Source: an uncultured Clostridia bacterium (GTDB lineage: Bacteria; Bacillota; Clostridia; TANB77; CAG-508). From it: DNA of 64,000 bases. A program made the position numbers and the translations under genes. Within the stretch, counting starts at the first letter, position 1, and each line of letters starts with the position of its first letter. Location: contig CAPNDH010000001.1 in NCBI GenBank assembly GCA_948664205.1, positions 30,165 to 94,164 of the forward strand, written 5' to 3'. Shown here in pieces: positions 20,041 to 30,730 of the stretch. The notes beneath the pieces were generated by a model that saw only the letters and a list, made by a program, of their open reading frames with translations, was not told where the DNA came from and ran no database searches.

Positions 20041-21219
20041 TTATTTTAATATTTCTTTTCTAAAACTTTCCCCATTTTCTAATTTTTCTAATCCTAGTAT
20101 ATCTAAAACAGTAGCTGATATATCTGCATATGTTTTTCTTGTTCCTATGTTTACATTTTCTTTTATTTCTTTCCCATATATTAAAACTGGTATATATTCT
20201 CTTGAATGGTCTGTGCTTGGCGTTGTTGGGTCATTTCCATGGTCTGCTGTTATTATTAGCATATCTGTTTCTTTCATATTTTCTACTATTTCTGGTAGTT
20301 TACTATCAAAATATTCTAATGCCTTGCTATATCCCTCTACATTATTTCTGTGACCATATAACATGTCAAAGTCTACTAAATTTGTGAAGATTAAACCTTG
20401 AGTATCTTTTTTAATTTCGTTTATTGTTTTTTCTATTCCATCTTCATTTCCTTTTGTATGATAATTTTTAGTTATCCCTCTCATTGTAAATAAGTCTTCT
20501 ATTTTTCCTATTGATATTACATCTTTCCCTGATTTATATATAACATCTAACATTGTTTTTCCAAAGGTATTACTTTCAAAATCTTTTCTATTATATGTTC
20601 TAGTAAAATTCTCACTTGCAGTTCCTATAAATGGCCTTGCTATTACTGTTCCTACATTATATTCTGGTTTATCTAATATTTCTCTTGCTATTTTGCACAT
20701 TTCATATAATTTTTCTACTGGTATTACTTCTTCATGGGCTGCTATTTGGAATACACTATCTGCTGATGTATATATTATTGGCTTTTTAGTTTTTATATGT
20801 TCTTCTCCAAAACGTTTTAGTATTTCTGTTCCTGAACCTACTTCATTACATAGTATACCTTCTATTCCTGTTTTTTCTATAAATTCTTGTATCATTTCTT
20901 TTGGAAATGCGTTTGGATATGTTGTAAAACCAGGGTTTGTTATATGACCTGCTATTTCCCAATGCCCTACTGGGCTATTTTTTCCTACTGATTTTTCTGT
21001 AAGCTTTCCAAATGCTCCAATTGGAGCTTCTTCTTTTTCTGATATTCCAATATTATCAATATTATAAAGTCCCATTTTTTTCATATTAGGTAAATTAGGT
21101 TTGCAGTTTTCGTATATTCCCTTTAAGGTATTGCTTCCAACATCACCGTAAACGTCTGCATCTGGAAGTTCTCCTACACCAAATCCATCTAAAACAATTA
21201 TTATTGCTCTGTTTATCAT
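20041..21219 (-). CDS. deoB: Phosphopentomutase
   Basis: 392 aa, MINRAIIIVLDGFGVGELPDA...HGNDPT; full-length match to the DeoB family. Confidence 0.9.
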   Translation of the reverse strand: MINRAIIIVLDGFGVGELPDADVYGDVGSNTLKGIYENCKPNLPNMKKMGLYNIDNIGISEKEEAPIGAFGKLTEKSVGKNSPVGHWEIAGHITNPGFTTYPNAFPKEMIQEFIEKTGIEGILCNEVGSGTEILKRFGEEHIKTKKPIIYTSADSVFQIAAHEEVIPVEKLYEMCKIAREILDKPEYNVGTVIARPFIGTASENFTRTYNRKDFESNTFGKTMLDVIYKSGKDVISIGKIEDLFTMRGITKNYHTKGNEDGIEKTINEIKKDTQGLIFTNLVDFDMLYGHRNNVEGYSKALEYFDSKLPEIVENMKETDMLIITADHGNDPTTPSTDHSREYIPVLIYGKEIKENVNIGTRKTYADISATVLDILGLEKLENGESFRKEILK

Positions 21220-21231
21220 TGTCTGTTCTCC

Positions 21232-21312
21232 TTTCTTTGGAAGTTAGAAGTTGTAGGTTGGAATTATTGGGTAGTTTCTTCGAAGAGCGGACGTGCAATG
21301 CACGCCCCTACA
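21232..21312. repeat. Family-1 palindromic element (heptad array + TTCGAAG + hairpin + CGCCCCTACA) upstream of the deoB RBS
   Basis: GGAAGTT AGAAGTT GTAGGTT GGAATTA, then TTCTTCGAAGAGCGGACGTGCAATGCACGCCCCTACA. Confidence 0.7.
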
Positions 21313-21318
21313 ATTTTT

Positions 21319-23619
21319 CTAACTTTCAATTTTCTTCTTATACATTTTAAATTCTAAGTTGTATTCATATATATGTATTAGTTTAATTTCGTTTGTGAAT
21401 TCATCTGTTAAAACATTTATATTAAAGTCTTTTCTTGCAACTAATTTCATATCAAATTTATTCAAATCAATTAATACTTTTGTACTTATATCCATACCTA
21501 ATGGAAGTGTTTTGTTTAAATTGTCATAGTACATTATATTTGAATAAAATATAACTGGCATGTTTTCTTTTATATTTATTTTGTATATATTTGTTTCCGC
21601 TTCATTTGTACTTTTTAACAATTCCTCTTTAGGATTTATATTCATTATATTTAAAGCTTTCTCGTTTAGTTCTTCACTACTTGCCATATATATGTGCATA
21701 TCATATGGAGATAGTACCTTTCCATATGCTTCATTTAATAAATTTTTATAATTATTTATATTATCTTTGTACTCTTCTAAAGTAGTTTCTAGATTTATAC
21801 TTAATATTTTATATTTATCTTTTTCTATTTCTCTATGTTTGTTATTATTAAGAACTTTTATTTTAGTTTTATCTTGTGCAACATTTCCAAATATATCAAA
21901 ATCCTTTTGGGTAATTTCATCTATATTTTCTATATATTCTTCCTTAAGTTTCTCTAATTTCTTTTGAATTTTGTTTTCTTCTCTTTTTAGTATCTTCTCT
22001 TTACTTAATATATTAAAAGCATTTAAGTCATTTAAGCAAGCAAATACTGCGTCACATTCATTTTTTGAGAAAGATTCTCTTTGTTTCGAATCTATATGCT
22101 TTCCAAAGTCTTCTAAGTCTTCTTTATAATTAAATACTTTTTTTAGTTTTCCTTTATTTTGATTTTCGTTTTCTTCTGCCTCTGTAAGCATATTTACTTC
22201 ATCTTTATTAGTAAATTTCCAGAAGTCAAAAATACTTTTTTTATGACTTTCTATTTCATTTATATATAAAGTTGCATTTTGTATTTTCTTTTCTAAATTT
22301 TGCTTTTTATTTTCTAGTGCTTTTATATCCATTTCTGAATTCTTGTTTTTTGTTTGTTCTGCTTTTAGTATTTCACATACTTTTAGTAAATCTTCTATTG
22401 TATAAAAATCTTTCTTTTCTATTGTTTCTAGTTTAGTTATTTCTATACTATTCTTTTCTTTACCCTCTTGAAGTTCTTCTTTCTTTATTTTTTTACCTTT
22501 TCCAAAAAAGTATTTTACTCTACCAAAAAATGTTTTTTTACATTCTAAAAACTGTGTAATTTGCTTTTCTTTTGATAAATATTCTTCATTATGTTTTTTT
22601 ACTGTTTCTTTTAAAAGCTCTAAATTTTCTGCAAGCATTATATTTTTTTCATATAATTCGTTTGTCTTTTCTTGTTTTACTTCTACTTCTTTTCGTATGA
22701 ACTCTGACAAATTTTCATATGTTATTTTTTGCATATTATAGCAAAAATCTAAGCTTCCTTCTTCATTTATTAAAGTTTTAAATTTATATTCGTATTCATC
22801 ATTTGACTCAAGTATAAAAAGTGCTTTTATTAATTTGAAGACTTTCCCAGTTTCTTCTTTATCTTTTAAAGTTATTTTATATATACTTCTTACTCCATCA
22901 AATACTGTTGTTGTTCCTAATATTTCAAGCGATGCTTCATTATTTGTATTGTATACTTCATATATATTTGGCCACTCTTTTGTAAATAACCATAAATAAT
23001 TTTCTAGGTCTGATATTTCAGATTTTTTTAGTAATTTATTTGAGTATTCCATATGACTTATTGGAACATATATTAATTCTTTTTTTCTTGATCTTTGTGC
23101 TTCAATTTTTCTTTTTATTAAGTAGAATAAACATTCTGCATTGTTTTCATTGCTAGAATATAACATGAAATATTTATCTTCTACATCTGAATAATATATT
23201 TGCCAAATGTAATTATTTTTATATTTTATTTCATATGGTATTTGTTTATTTAATTCGTTTTGTTCTTCTTCTATGTCTTTAATTTTATCTATATTTAGAT
23301 TATTTAGCATTTTTAAAAATGTTGTATATTCTTCTAAATTTTCCTCACTATTTAACTGCATATAATATGAAATAGGTTTTGCCATCTTTAATTTTTCATT
23401 TAAGTTTTCTAACCTATCTACTGGAGTTATATATATTTCTATGTCTTTTATATCTACATATTTATATACTTTGTAATTATTATCTTCGTATGTTTTTAAT
23501 GGTCTATATTTTATTCTTTCATTGTTTTCAAAACATTTTGGAATTTTTTCTAAGTTTAAGCCTATGTACTTTAGTTTTTCTTCTAACTCCTTACTATCTT
23601 CTTTAGTATTTTTTTGCAC
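21319..23619 (-). CDS. Large coiled-coil hypothetical protein
   Basis: 766 aa, K/E-rich with long predicted coiled coils. No recognisable catalytic motif. Confidence 0.35.
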   Translation of the reverse strand: MQKNTKEDSKELEEKLKYIGLNLEKIPKCFENNERIKYRPLKTYEDNNYKVYKYVDIKDIEIYITPVDRLENLNEKLKMAKPISYYMQLNSEENLEEYTTFLKMLNNLNIDKIKDIEEEQNELNKQIPYEIKYKNNYIWQIYYSDVEDKYFMLYSSNENNAECLFYLIKRKIEAQRSRKKELIYVPISHMEYSNKLLKKSEISDLENYLWLFTKEWPNIYEVYNTNNEASLEILGTTTVFDGVRSIYKITLKDKEETGKVFKLIKALFILESNDEYEYKFKTLINEEGSLDFCYNMQKITYENLSEFIRKEVEVKQEKTNELYEKNIMLAENLELLKETVKKHNEEYLSKEKQITQFLECKKTFFGRVKYFFGKGKKIKKEELQEGKEKNSIEITKLETIEKKDFYTIEDLLKVCEILKAEQTKNKNSEMDIKALENKKQNLEKKIQNATLYINEIESHKKSIFDFWKFTNKDEVNMLTEAEENENQNKGKLKKVFNYKEDLEDFGKHIDSKQRESFSKNECDAVFACLNDLNAFNILSKEKILKREENKIQKKLEKLKEEYIENIDEITQKDFDIFGNVAQDKTKIKVLNNNKHREIEKDKYKILSINLETTLEEYKDNINNYKNLLNEAYGKVLSPYDMHIYMASSEELNEKALNIMNINPKEELLKSTNEAETNIYKINIKENMPVIFYSNIMYYDNLNKTLPLGMDISTKVLIDLNKFDMKLVARKDFNINVLTDEFTNEIKLIHIYEYNLEFKMYKKKIES

Positions 23620-23775
23620 CTTTTTTCCTCCTATTGTTTTTTCTATATTCTAGAAAATTTGTATTTTCGTATTATTAATTCTATTTTTTTAAAGTATATC
23701 ACATATGTTTTTTTTGAGCAATTGTTTATAAAAAAATTTTAAAGGGTAAGAATTAATCTTACCCTTTTGCAATAT

Positions 23776-24279
23776 TTAGTTTTTTACAATTTCGTAGCAA
23801 TCCATAAAACGTCCAAGTAAATATGTATCATATTCGATATATCTAGAATCTCCTACATACTTTATATCTACCTGTACTGCTTCCTTCTTCCCTAATTGTA
23901 CTAATTTAGCATAAAATGCCACATTTCTTTTATTTTGCAAATCATCTAAAAATTTTTCTGAAAATTGTGTACAATCCTTAGGAATCACCTTAGCATATTT
24001 ACTTTTTGAAAGTTCCCTCTTACATACTCTCTCATTATATTTTCTTGTTTCCAGTTTGATGTATTCTTTATATATAAATATGCTAATTATAATATATAGC
24101 GTAAAATATACTATTGTAGAAATAATTGGAATAATACCATTATATGCTATGGCAATCATGGTATTTACATATAAAAATGCCAATCCTATTACTATTTCTG
24201 CTATCATTGTTTTTGTCTTAGCAATTTCTTCTACATTTTTATTTTTTCTCCGTTTTGCCATTTTGCTTTCTCCTTTCAT
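23776..24279 (-). CDS. Hypothetical membrane protein
   Basis: 167 aa with two TM helices. Intrinsic terminator hairpin at about 23742-23768. Confidence 0.3.
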   Translation of the reverse strand: MKGESKMAKRRKNKNVEEIAKTKTMIAEIVIGLAFLYVNTMIAIAYNGIIPIISTIVYFTLYIIISIFIYKEYIKLETRKYNERVCKRELSKSKYAKVIPKDCTQFSEKFLDDLQNKRNVAFYAKLVQLGKKEAVQVDIKYVGDSRYIEYDTYLLGRFMDCYEIVKN

Positions 24280-25128
24280 ATTGCCAGTTTTCTGAAATTA
24301 TTGCAATTTCAAGTTTTTTAAAGTTTCCATAATATAAATTATAACACACTTATTTCTTTTTGTAAATACGTACTATATATTATTACTTTTTCTACTTGTT
24401 TTTTTAGTGCTCCTTCTAGTGCTTTTTTGTACAAATTTAGTTGTTCTTTGTATTTTTCTATTAGTTCGTTTTCATTTTGTACATAGTCTGTTTTGTAGTC
24501 TACTAATACTATATTTCCTTGTTTATCTATATAATATAAATCTATAATTCCTTGTACTAGTACGTTTTCTTCTATTTGATTATTGTAAATTTCACTTGCT
24601 GGAATATTTATATAAAATGGCTCTTCTTTATGCACTTCTTTTGCTTCTTTAAGCTCTTTAAATAAATTTGATTTTGTTAATTGTAATAATGTTTTTGTGT
24701 TTATGCTTTCCACTTCTTTTTCGGTTATTATATTTTTGTTTCTTAATTCTTTTATTAGTTCTATAATATCTTTTAATTCATATTCTTTTTTCTCGTTTAA
24801 GTTTTTAATGCATAAATGCATTAGTGTTCCTTTTTGTGCTCCTGTTATTTTTTCTTCTTTTTCGAAGTTTGGTGTTTTTAGATTTTTTTCGTTTTTTGTA
24901 ATTTCTTTGGAGTGCTGGTCGCCAATGGCTGTGACCCCTACAGGGCTTTCTTTTCTATTTTTTATTTCGCTTACAGAGGTTTTGGTTGGTATGTTTTCTG
25001 AATTTTTGTATTTATATTGCCAATTTAGAATTTCGTTAATTTTTAGTTTTTCGTTCTCTTTGATTTCTTCTTCAAAGTGCAGATCTTCGGAGTCTGCGAT
25101 CCCTACATCAAATTCTTTGCTATTTTCT

Positions 25129-25181
25129 GGGCGTAATTCGGTAAATTCTTTGTGGTATTCCTTACCGATTAAGCCCCTACA
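25129..25181. repeat. Family-2 hairpin element inside the addA C-terminal ORF (in-frame)
   Basis: GGGCGTAATTCGGTAAATTCTTTGTGGTATTCCTTACCGATTAAGCCCCTACA, translated as GLIGKEYHKEFTELRP. Confidence 0.75.
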
Positions 25182-25220
25182 TCCTGTTTCTAGCTCTTGG
25201 CTTCCACTATCTAACATATG

Positions 25221-25285
25221 ACCTCCGACATCCGACTTCTGACTTCTGTTTTGGTAGTTTGTTCGAAGGGCGGGCGATTGATAAT
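25221..25285. repeat. Family-1 element inside addA at the ORF break
   Basis: CCGACAT CCGACTT CTGACTT heptads plus TTCGAAGGGCGGGCGATTGATAATCGCCCCTACA. Translated as ...HYVGAIINRPPFEQTTKTEVRSRMSEVIC*. Confidence 0.75.
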
Positions 25286-26516
25286 CGCCCCTACATAATG
25301 TTCTTGTACCTCTAATATTTGGGCTATTTTTTCTTTGTCATTTAAGTATACTAATTCTATCCAGTCTAAATATGATATGTATTTTTCTAGTAGGTTTTTA
25401 TCTAGTTTTTGTTTGTTGTAAATTTCTAAAAGTGCTTCTTTTTCTTTTAGTGATTTTTGTAAGTCTTTTTCTACACCTGTTATAAATAATTTTTCTTTTG
25501 CTCTTGTAAGTGCAACATATAATACTCTCATTTCTTCTGATATTGTTTCTTTTCTTATTTTCAAACGTAATGCTTCTTTTGCTAATGTATTATATTCTAT
25601 TCTTCGTTCGTAGTTTATGTATTTCATTCCAAATCCTAAGTCTTGGTGCATTAATACATTGTCATTTAGGTCTTGTAGATTGAATTTTTTACTACTTCCA
25701 CATAAAAATACTACTGGAAATTCTAAACCTTTACTTTTGTGAATACTCATAATTCTTACTACATTATCGTTTTCTCCAATTATTTTTGCAGACCCCATAT
25801 CTTTACTGCTTAGCTTTAATTTGTCTATAAAATTTATAAAGTTATACAAACCTTTAAAACTTGCACTTTCATATTGCTTTGCCTTTTCAAATAGCATTTT
25901 TAGGTTTGCTTGTCTTAGTTTTCCGTTGTTTAACAAACCTACATAATTGTAATAATTACTATCCATATATATTTGCCAGATAAGTTCATCTAGTGTTTTG
26001 TATATTTCTATATTTTTCCAATTTTCTAGCATAGTTATGAATCGATTTATTTTCTCTTTTAATTCTTCGCCTACTGCTACTCTTGCTTTTAACATTGCGT
26101 TATAAAAACTTTCACTTCTGTCTGCTAAACGTATTTGTACTAGGTCATTGTCTGTAAAATTTGCTATGCTTGACCTTAATACTGTAATTAGTGGAATATC
26201 TTGAAGTGGATTATTTATTATTTTTAGTACGCTCATTATTGTTTGTATTTCTGTTGATTCTAAGTATTCGCTTGAAGTATCACTAAATACTGATATATTT
26301 TTTTCTATTAATTCTTTTTCATATATTGGTGCTGAATTTAAAGTTGACCTTAATAATATTACTATGTCTTTATATTGTATTGGTCTGTAGCCTGTTTTTC
26401 TGTCGTATATTTGGTATTTGCTATTTATTAGTTCTTGTATTTTGTTTGCGACAAATTTTGCTTCTATTAGGGTGTTTTCTATTGGTTCTTCTACATTTTC
26501 GTCTTCTTGGGTAATT

Positions 26517-26604
26517 TCTTCGAAGGGCAGGCGATTATTTCTTAGCTCTTCGAGCGGATAGCGAGTTAGAGATAAGTTATGCGCTAGCTTAATCGCCCCT
26601 ACAT
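26517..26604. repeat. Family-1 long element inside the addA N-terminal ORF (in-frame, about 30 aa)
   Basis: TTCTTCGAAGGGCAGGCGATT...AATCGCCCCTACA. Its internal segment is the reverse complement of the copy at 40797-40883. Encodes NVGAIKLAHNLSLTRYPLEELRNNRLPFEEIT. Confidence 0.75.
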
Positions 26605-28325
26605 TCGTATTATATTCTTGATTTTGGCTTGCCAAATCTATAATATGTAGTTCTGCTACCGGGTTATTTTCTGTTTGTGGATAGTCCGCTCCTAGGTTTA
26701 GGTATTCATCTTCGTTGTAATCTATATCTCCTAATTCTTTACTCATTATTTGTTCAAATATATTATTTGTAATATCTAGTACATTTTCTCTACTTCTAAA
26801 GTTTTTAAATAATTGTATTTTTTTGCCTTGTTTTTTCTCTATTGTATTAATTAAATTTTGTAGAGTAGCCACAGCAGTATATTTTTCATATTTTTCTAAA
26901 AACAACTCTGGTCTTGCTTGTCTAAACCTATATATACTTTGCTTTACATCTCCAACCATAAATATATTGCTTCCGTTTGAAATACTGTTTAGTATATATT
27001 CTTGTACTAGGTTACTATCTTGATATTCGTCTATTGCTATTTCTGTAAATTTTTCTTTTATCTTGTTTGCAACTTCTGTTGGAACATATTCTCCTTCTTC
27101 ACTTTTTTGTACTAATATTTTTAGTGCAAAATGTTCTATGTCGTGGAAGTCTATTATATTCTTTTCTTTCTTTTTTTCTAAAAATCTTGTTTCAAATTCA
27201 ATAACAATATTTTTTAAATTTGATAATGTTTTATACATTTCGTACATATCTTCATTTGCTCTATATGAATCATATAAAAATATTTTTTTATTTGCAGAAT
27301 CTATATCTTTTTTTACTTTATCTCTTATTTCTTTTGCTTCATCCTTTAATGATATACTTATTTTTCTATCTATTGGCCATTTTTCAAATTTTAAATTTGA
27401 TACTTTTTCATATGTTTTATTCCATATATTTTCATTGTTAGAACTAATTTCATTTTCTATTTCTTGTATAGCTTCAATATCGTTTATTATTGTTAATGAA
27501 TATTTTTCTAGTTCTGGCTCTTTTAATAGTTTTCTTTTTATTCCTTCTAATTTTAATATATTTTCTCTTAATTTTTCTTTATATTCTTTTAACAGAATTT
27601 CTCCCCATATTGTTTTTGCAAAGTCTTTATTTAATTTTTCTTTTAAATTAAACATTTCTACTTTTTCTTCTAGCCATTCTTTAGGAAATGGAGCACTTTG
27701 TATATAATTATATATTCTTAATATTAGTTCTTTTAATGGCTCGTCTCCCCTATATGTTGTATATGTATTTATTAAATTCAAAAATTCTTTATCTTTGTTT
27801 ATATATTTATCCTCAAATAAGTCTTCTAGTATGTCTTGTTTTAGTAATTCTACTTCTGTTTGGTCTCCTATTCTGAAGTTTGCTGATATGTCTAATTCAT
27901 AAAAATAATTTCTAATTACTTCTAGGCAAAATGAGTGTATTGTACATATACTTGCTCTATTTAGTAGTGTTATTTGTCTTTGCATACGTACATCATTTGG
28001 GTTTTCTTCTATTTTTTTATAAATAGCATCTAGTATTCTTTCTCTCATTTCACTTGCGGCTGCATTTGTAAATGTAACAACTAATATATTATCTATATCT
28101 ACATTTTCATTAACTATTTTATTTATTATACGCTCAACAAGCACAGCTGTTTTACCACTTCCTGCAGCTGCTGCAACTAATATATTTGAACCTTTTTCAT
28201 ATATAGCTTTTTGTTGTTCTTTTGTCCATTTAACTTCTGACATATTTCTCCTCCATTTTTTATTACTATATCATAAATCTTTGTTAAAGTAAAACCACAC
28301 AAATTAAATTTTGTGTGGCTTTATT

Positions 28326-28520
28326 TTATATATTTATTATTACAATTGCACCTATTACAGATAGTATAAATCCTATTATTTTAAGAGTTCTTACTACTGA
28401 ATTTCTATCTCCATAGCTAAACCATTTTTCACTTAATTTTCGTGCATCATATATCATAACTACACCTATAGCTACTACTATTAATGATATTATTTGTATT
28501 ACTATTTTTAAGATTGGCAT
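28326..28520 (-). CDS. Small two-TM membrane protein
   Basis: 64 aa, hydrophobic. Terminator hairpin at 28292-28323 downstream. Confidence 0.3.
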   Translation of the reverse strand: MPILKIVIQIISLIVVAIGVVMIYDARKLSEKWFSYGDRNSVVRTLKIIGFILSVIGAIVIINI

Positions 28521-28547
28521 TTTTTATTATCTCCTTTTTTCATATAG

Positions 28548-28598
28548 ATGCGTCAAAAGGGACATATGACGCATTTGTACCTGTCCCCAATGAGTCAT
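28548..28598 (-). repeat. Family-3 structured element abutting the stop codon of 28598..29470
   Basis: TGCGTCAAAAGGGACATATGACGCATTTGTACCTGTCCCCAATGAGTCAT. GGGAC/GTCCC and ATGACGCATT/AATG(A/C)GTCAT pairings interleave. Confidence 0.6.
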
Positions 28599-29470
28599 TA
28601 ATAAAATTCTACTGTATATTTGCATTCAAATTCTTGTTTTGGTCCAATTATTACTATATCTCCTTTTTGTCTAAATACTCCTGTTGTTTTTACTGTGTCT
28701 GGTGTAGTCATCCATGGTGATATGCATAAAAATGGAGAATTTGTTTTTGACCATAATGATAAGTATGGAAAATTTGAACAGTCTATTGATAATATTTTTC
28801 TTCCTGTGTCTTTTAATCTTAATGTTACTTTTTTGGATGTTAAACCTTTCATTATTATTGCGTCATTTTTGAACATATCTGGTTTTAATGTTATTGTTTT
28901 TTTATCTTCTTCTATTATATTTTTTGCATATTCTGTTCCTACTAGTCCATCTATTAAATATAAAAAATGAATTTTATTCTCTTCTTCTTCAAATTCTAAG
29001 CAGTAGTTTTCATTTTTTAATTGTTCTAAATCTATTTTAAATGCTGGCATAGAACCTATACCAAATGGCATATCTACGTCACCTTCATTTATAACTTTAT
29101 ACATTGTTGTTAGTTTATTTTCATCTAGTCTATATGTTACATATAATGAAAACTTATATGGATATTTTTCTATAATTTTTTCATTGCTTCTAAGTACATA
29201 AGAATGGAAGTTATCTAATTTCGTGATTGGCTCAAATTCGAATTCTTTTGCAAATCCGTCTGGTTGAATTTCATATGTTTTGCTATTCATTATTGTTTGG
29301 TTTTTCTTACATTTTCCTACATTTGGAAATAATACTGACCAACGTCTTTTCCAAAATATTTTTCCGTTTTCATCAACTGTTTCTTCGCCTTGGTGTAATT
29401 TTTCTTGTCCATTTAACTTAAAACTTATAAGTTCTGCACCATATTTTGAAGTTAGTATTTGAGTATACAT
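28598..29470 (-). CDS. Aldose 1-epimerase (galactose mutarotase-like) family protein
   Basis: 290 aa with ...LSLWS...PFLCISPW... motifs typical of the aldose epimerase fold. Confidence 0.6.
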   Translation of the reverse strand: MYTQILTSKYGAELISFKLNGQEKLHQGEETVDENGKIFWKRRWSVLFPNVGKCKKNQTIMNSKTYEIQPDGFAKEFEFEPITKLDNFHSYVLRSNEKIIEKYPYKFSLYVTYRLDENKLTTMYKVINEGDVDMPFGIGSMPAFKIDLEQLKNENYCLEFEEEENKIHFLYLIDGLVGTEYAKNIIEEDKKTITLKPDMFKNDAIIMKGLTSKKVTLRLKDTGRKILSIDCSNFPYLSLWSKTNSPFLCISPWMTTPDTVKTTGVFRQKGDIVIIGPKQEFECKYTVEFY

Positions 29471-29768
29471 AGATTTCTCCCTTCTTCAATTTTTCTAAAA
29501 ATTAATTATACAAAGTCTACATTTTACTAAAGTATAATTTATCTATATACATTAAACAAGTTATATTATTGACATATCAACTTAGGAAATGTTAGTTTTT
29601 CTTTCGTAGTATATAATATATTGTTTTTATGTAAATGTCAATACATTGCTACAATATTTATTATTATATTTTAATTACTTTATTGCAAATTATAATATAT
29701 TTATAAATAAAAAGTCGATATTAATAAGTAAAGAACCGTATTAAACGGTTCTTTACTTATTATATTAT

Positions 29769-30227
29769 CTATAAAAGTTTGTTTTGAAATTCATAGAATT
29801 CCTCTTCAGTCATTAATTCCTCTTCATACTGAACCCAGAATTCGCCCATGTCATCTTGGGATATTGTTTTTGAAAGTCTGTGGATTAGGTAGTTAATTTC
29901 TTTTAACTCATTAGTTCCTACAGTTCCAGCAATAACTTTTGTAGGATTTGTATAATCTGTATCAGTCCCACTATTGCTATACCAAGATTTCCAACCCTCC
30001 CTAGTATAATATATTACAATTGCATTTCCTACTTCATTTCTTGTTCCAAGAAATTTAAGTGCTTCGTTTGACATACCTATCAAAGTATCAAACAATCTAG
30101 TATCTTCAATTTGGTAAACTGTTTCTTCTATATTTGAACCTGCAATACCATATAACATTTTTACAAAAATATAGTTCCGTGTATCTCTTTCGATTTTTGC
30201 AATAGCTTTAATCCTTTTGCTCTCCAT
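29769..30227 (-). CDS. Hypothetical protein (immunity-protein-like)
   Basis: 152 aa, acidic C-terminus. Shares an upstream palindromic motif with the next gene. Confidence 0.3.
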   Translation of the reverse strand: MESKRIKAIAKIERDTRNYIFVKMLYGIAGSNIEETVYQIEDTRLFDTLIGMSNEALKFLGTRNEVGNAIVIYYTREGWKSWYSNSGTDTDYTNPTKVIAGTVGTNELKEINYLIHRLSKTISQDDMGEFWVQYEEELMTEEEFYEFQNKLL

Positions 30228-30296
30228 AATTTTTTCCTCCTCTTATTTATGGATAGTTATCCTACTATATAAGCAAGGAATTGCCTTTTCAAAATA

Positions 30297-30683
30297 CTAT
30301 TCTATTTCTGAAAATGACTCTTTTAACAACTTTAGCATTTCCGGATATTTACATATTCTAGCAGTATCTATAAGTTCCATAATTTGGTGTGGTTGTATAT
30401 TTATCTTTATATTTATCATAAACTTGACTAATTCTATGCAATTACTTTCTACTGCTGTATAAAATATTGATATTTTTTTTCTATCACCTATTGATATAAA
30501 ATACTCTTCTAAAAGTTTTTCATATCTATTTTTAGTAATTAGGTCTAATATATATACTCCTTCTTTTTTATTATATGTTGTATAGTTAAATATCAACCTT
30601 AACATCCTATCATATGCTTCTTTATCCTTATCACAAAAAGTATGCAAGTTAAAAAGTAAGTTTTCTTTATCATGTTTACACAT
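30297..30683 (-). CDS. Hypothetical protein (possible ankyrin-like repeat)
   Basis: 128 aa. Upstream region GGACAACTATCC-AAGAGGAGG is nearly identical to that of 29769..30227. Confidence 0.3.
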   Translation of the reverse strand: MCKHDKENLLFNLHTFCDKDKEAYDRMLRLIFNYTTYNKKEGVYILDLITKNRYEKLLEEYFISIGDRKKISIFYTAVESNCIELVKFMINIKINIQPHQIMELIDTARICKYPEMLKLLKESFSEIE

Positions 30684-30730
30684 AATTTTTCCTCCTCTTT
30701 TTGTGGATAGTTGTCCTTCTTCAACTTACA

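Larger units (their letters stand above)
24339..28243 (-). pseudogene. addA: AddA/RexA-like UvrD-helicase plus PD-(D/E)xK nuclease, split into 1010-aa and 292-aa ORFs by a frame change near 25213-25300, with palindromic elements in the CDS
   Basis: N-terminus WTKEQQKAI...AAAGSGKTAVLVERI. C-terminal nuclease motifs GTLMHL...GIIDLYYIDKQGNIVLVDYKTDYV. No addB gene adjacent. Repeat elements at 26517-26604 and 25129-25181 are read in-frame. Confidence 0.6.

Noticed and set aside
28244-28330. addB expected immediately upstream of addA
   Set aside because: Upstream of addA there is only a terminator hairpin and a 64-aa membrane-protein gene. No AddB/RexB-like ORF exists anywhere in the window, so addA is treated as orphan.
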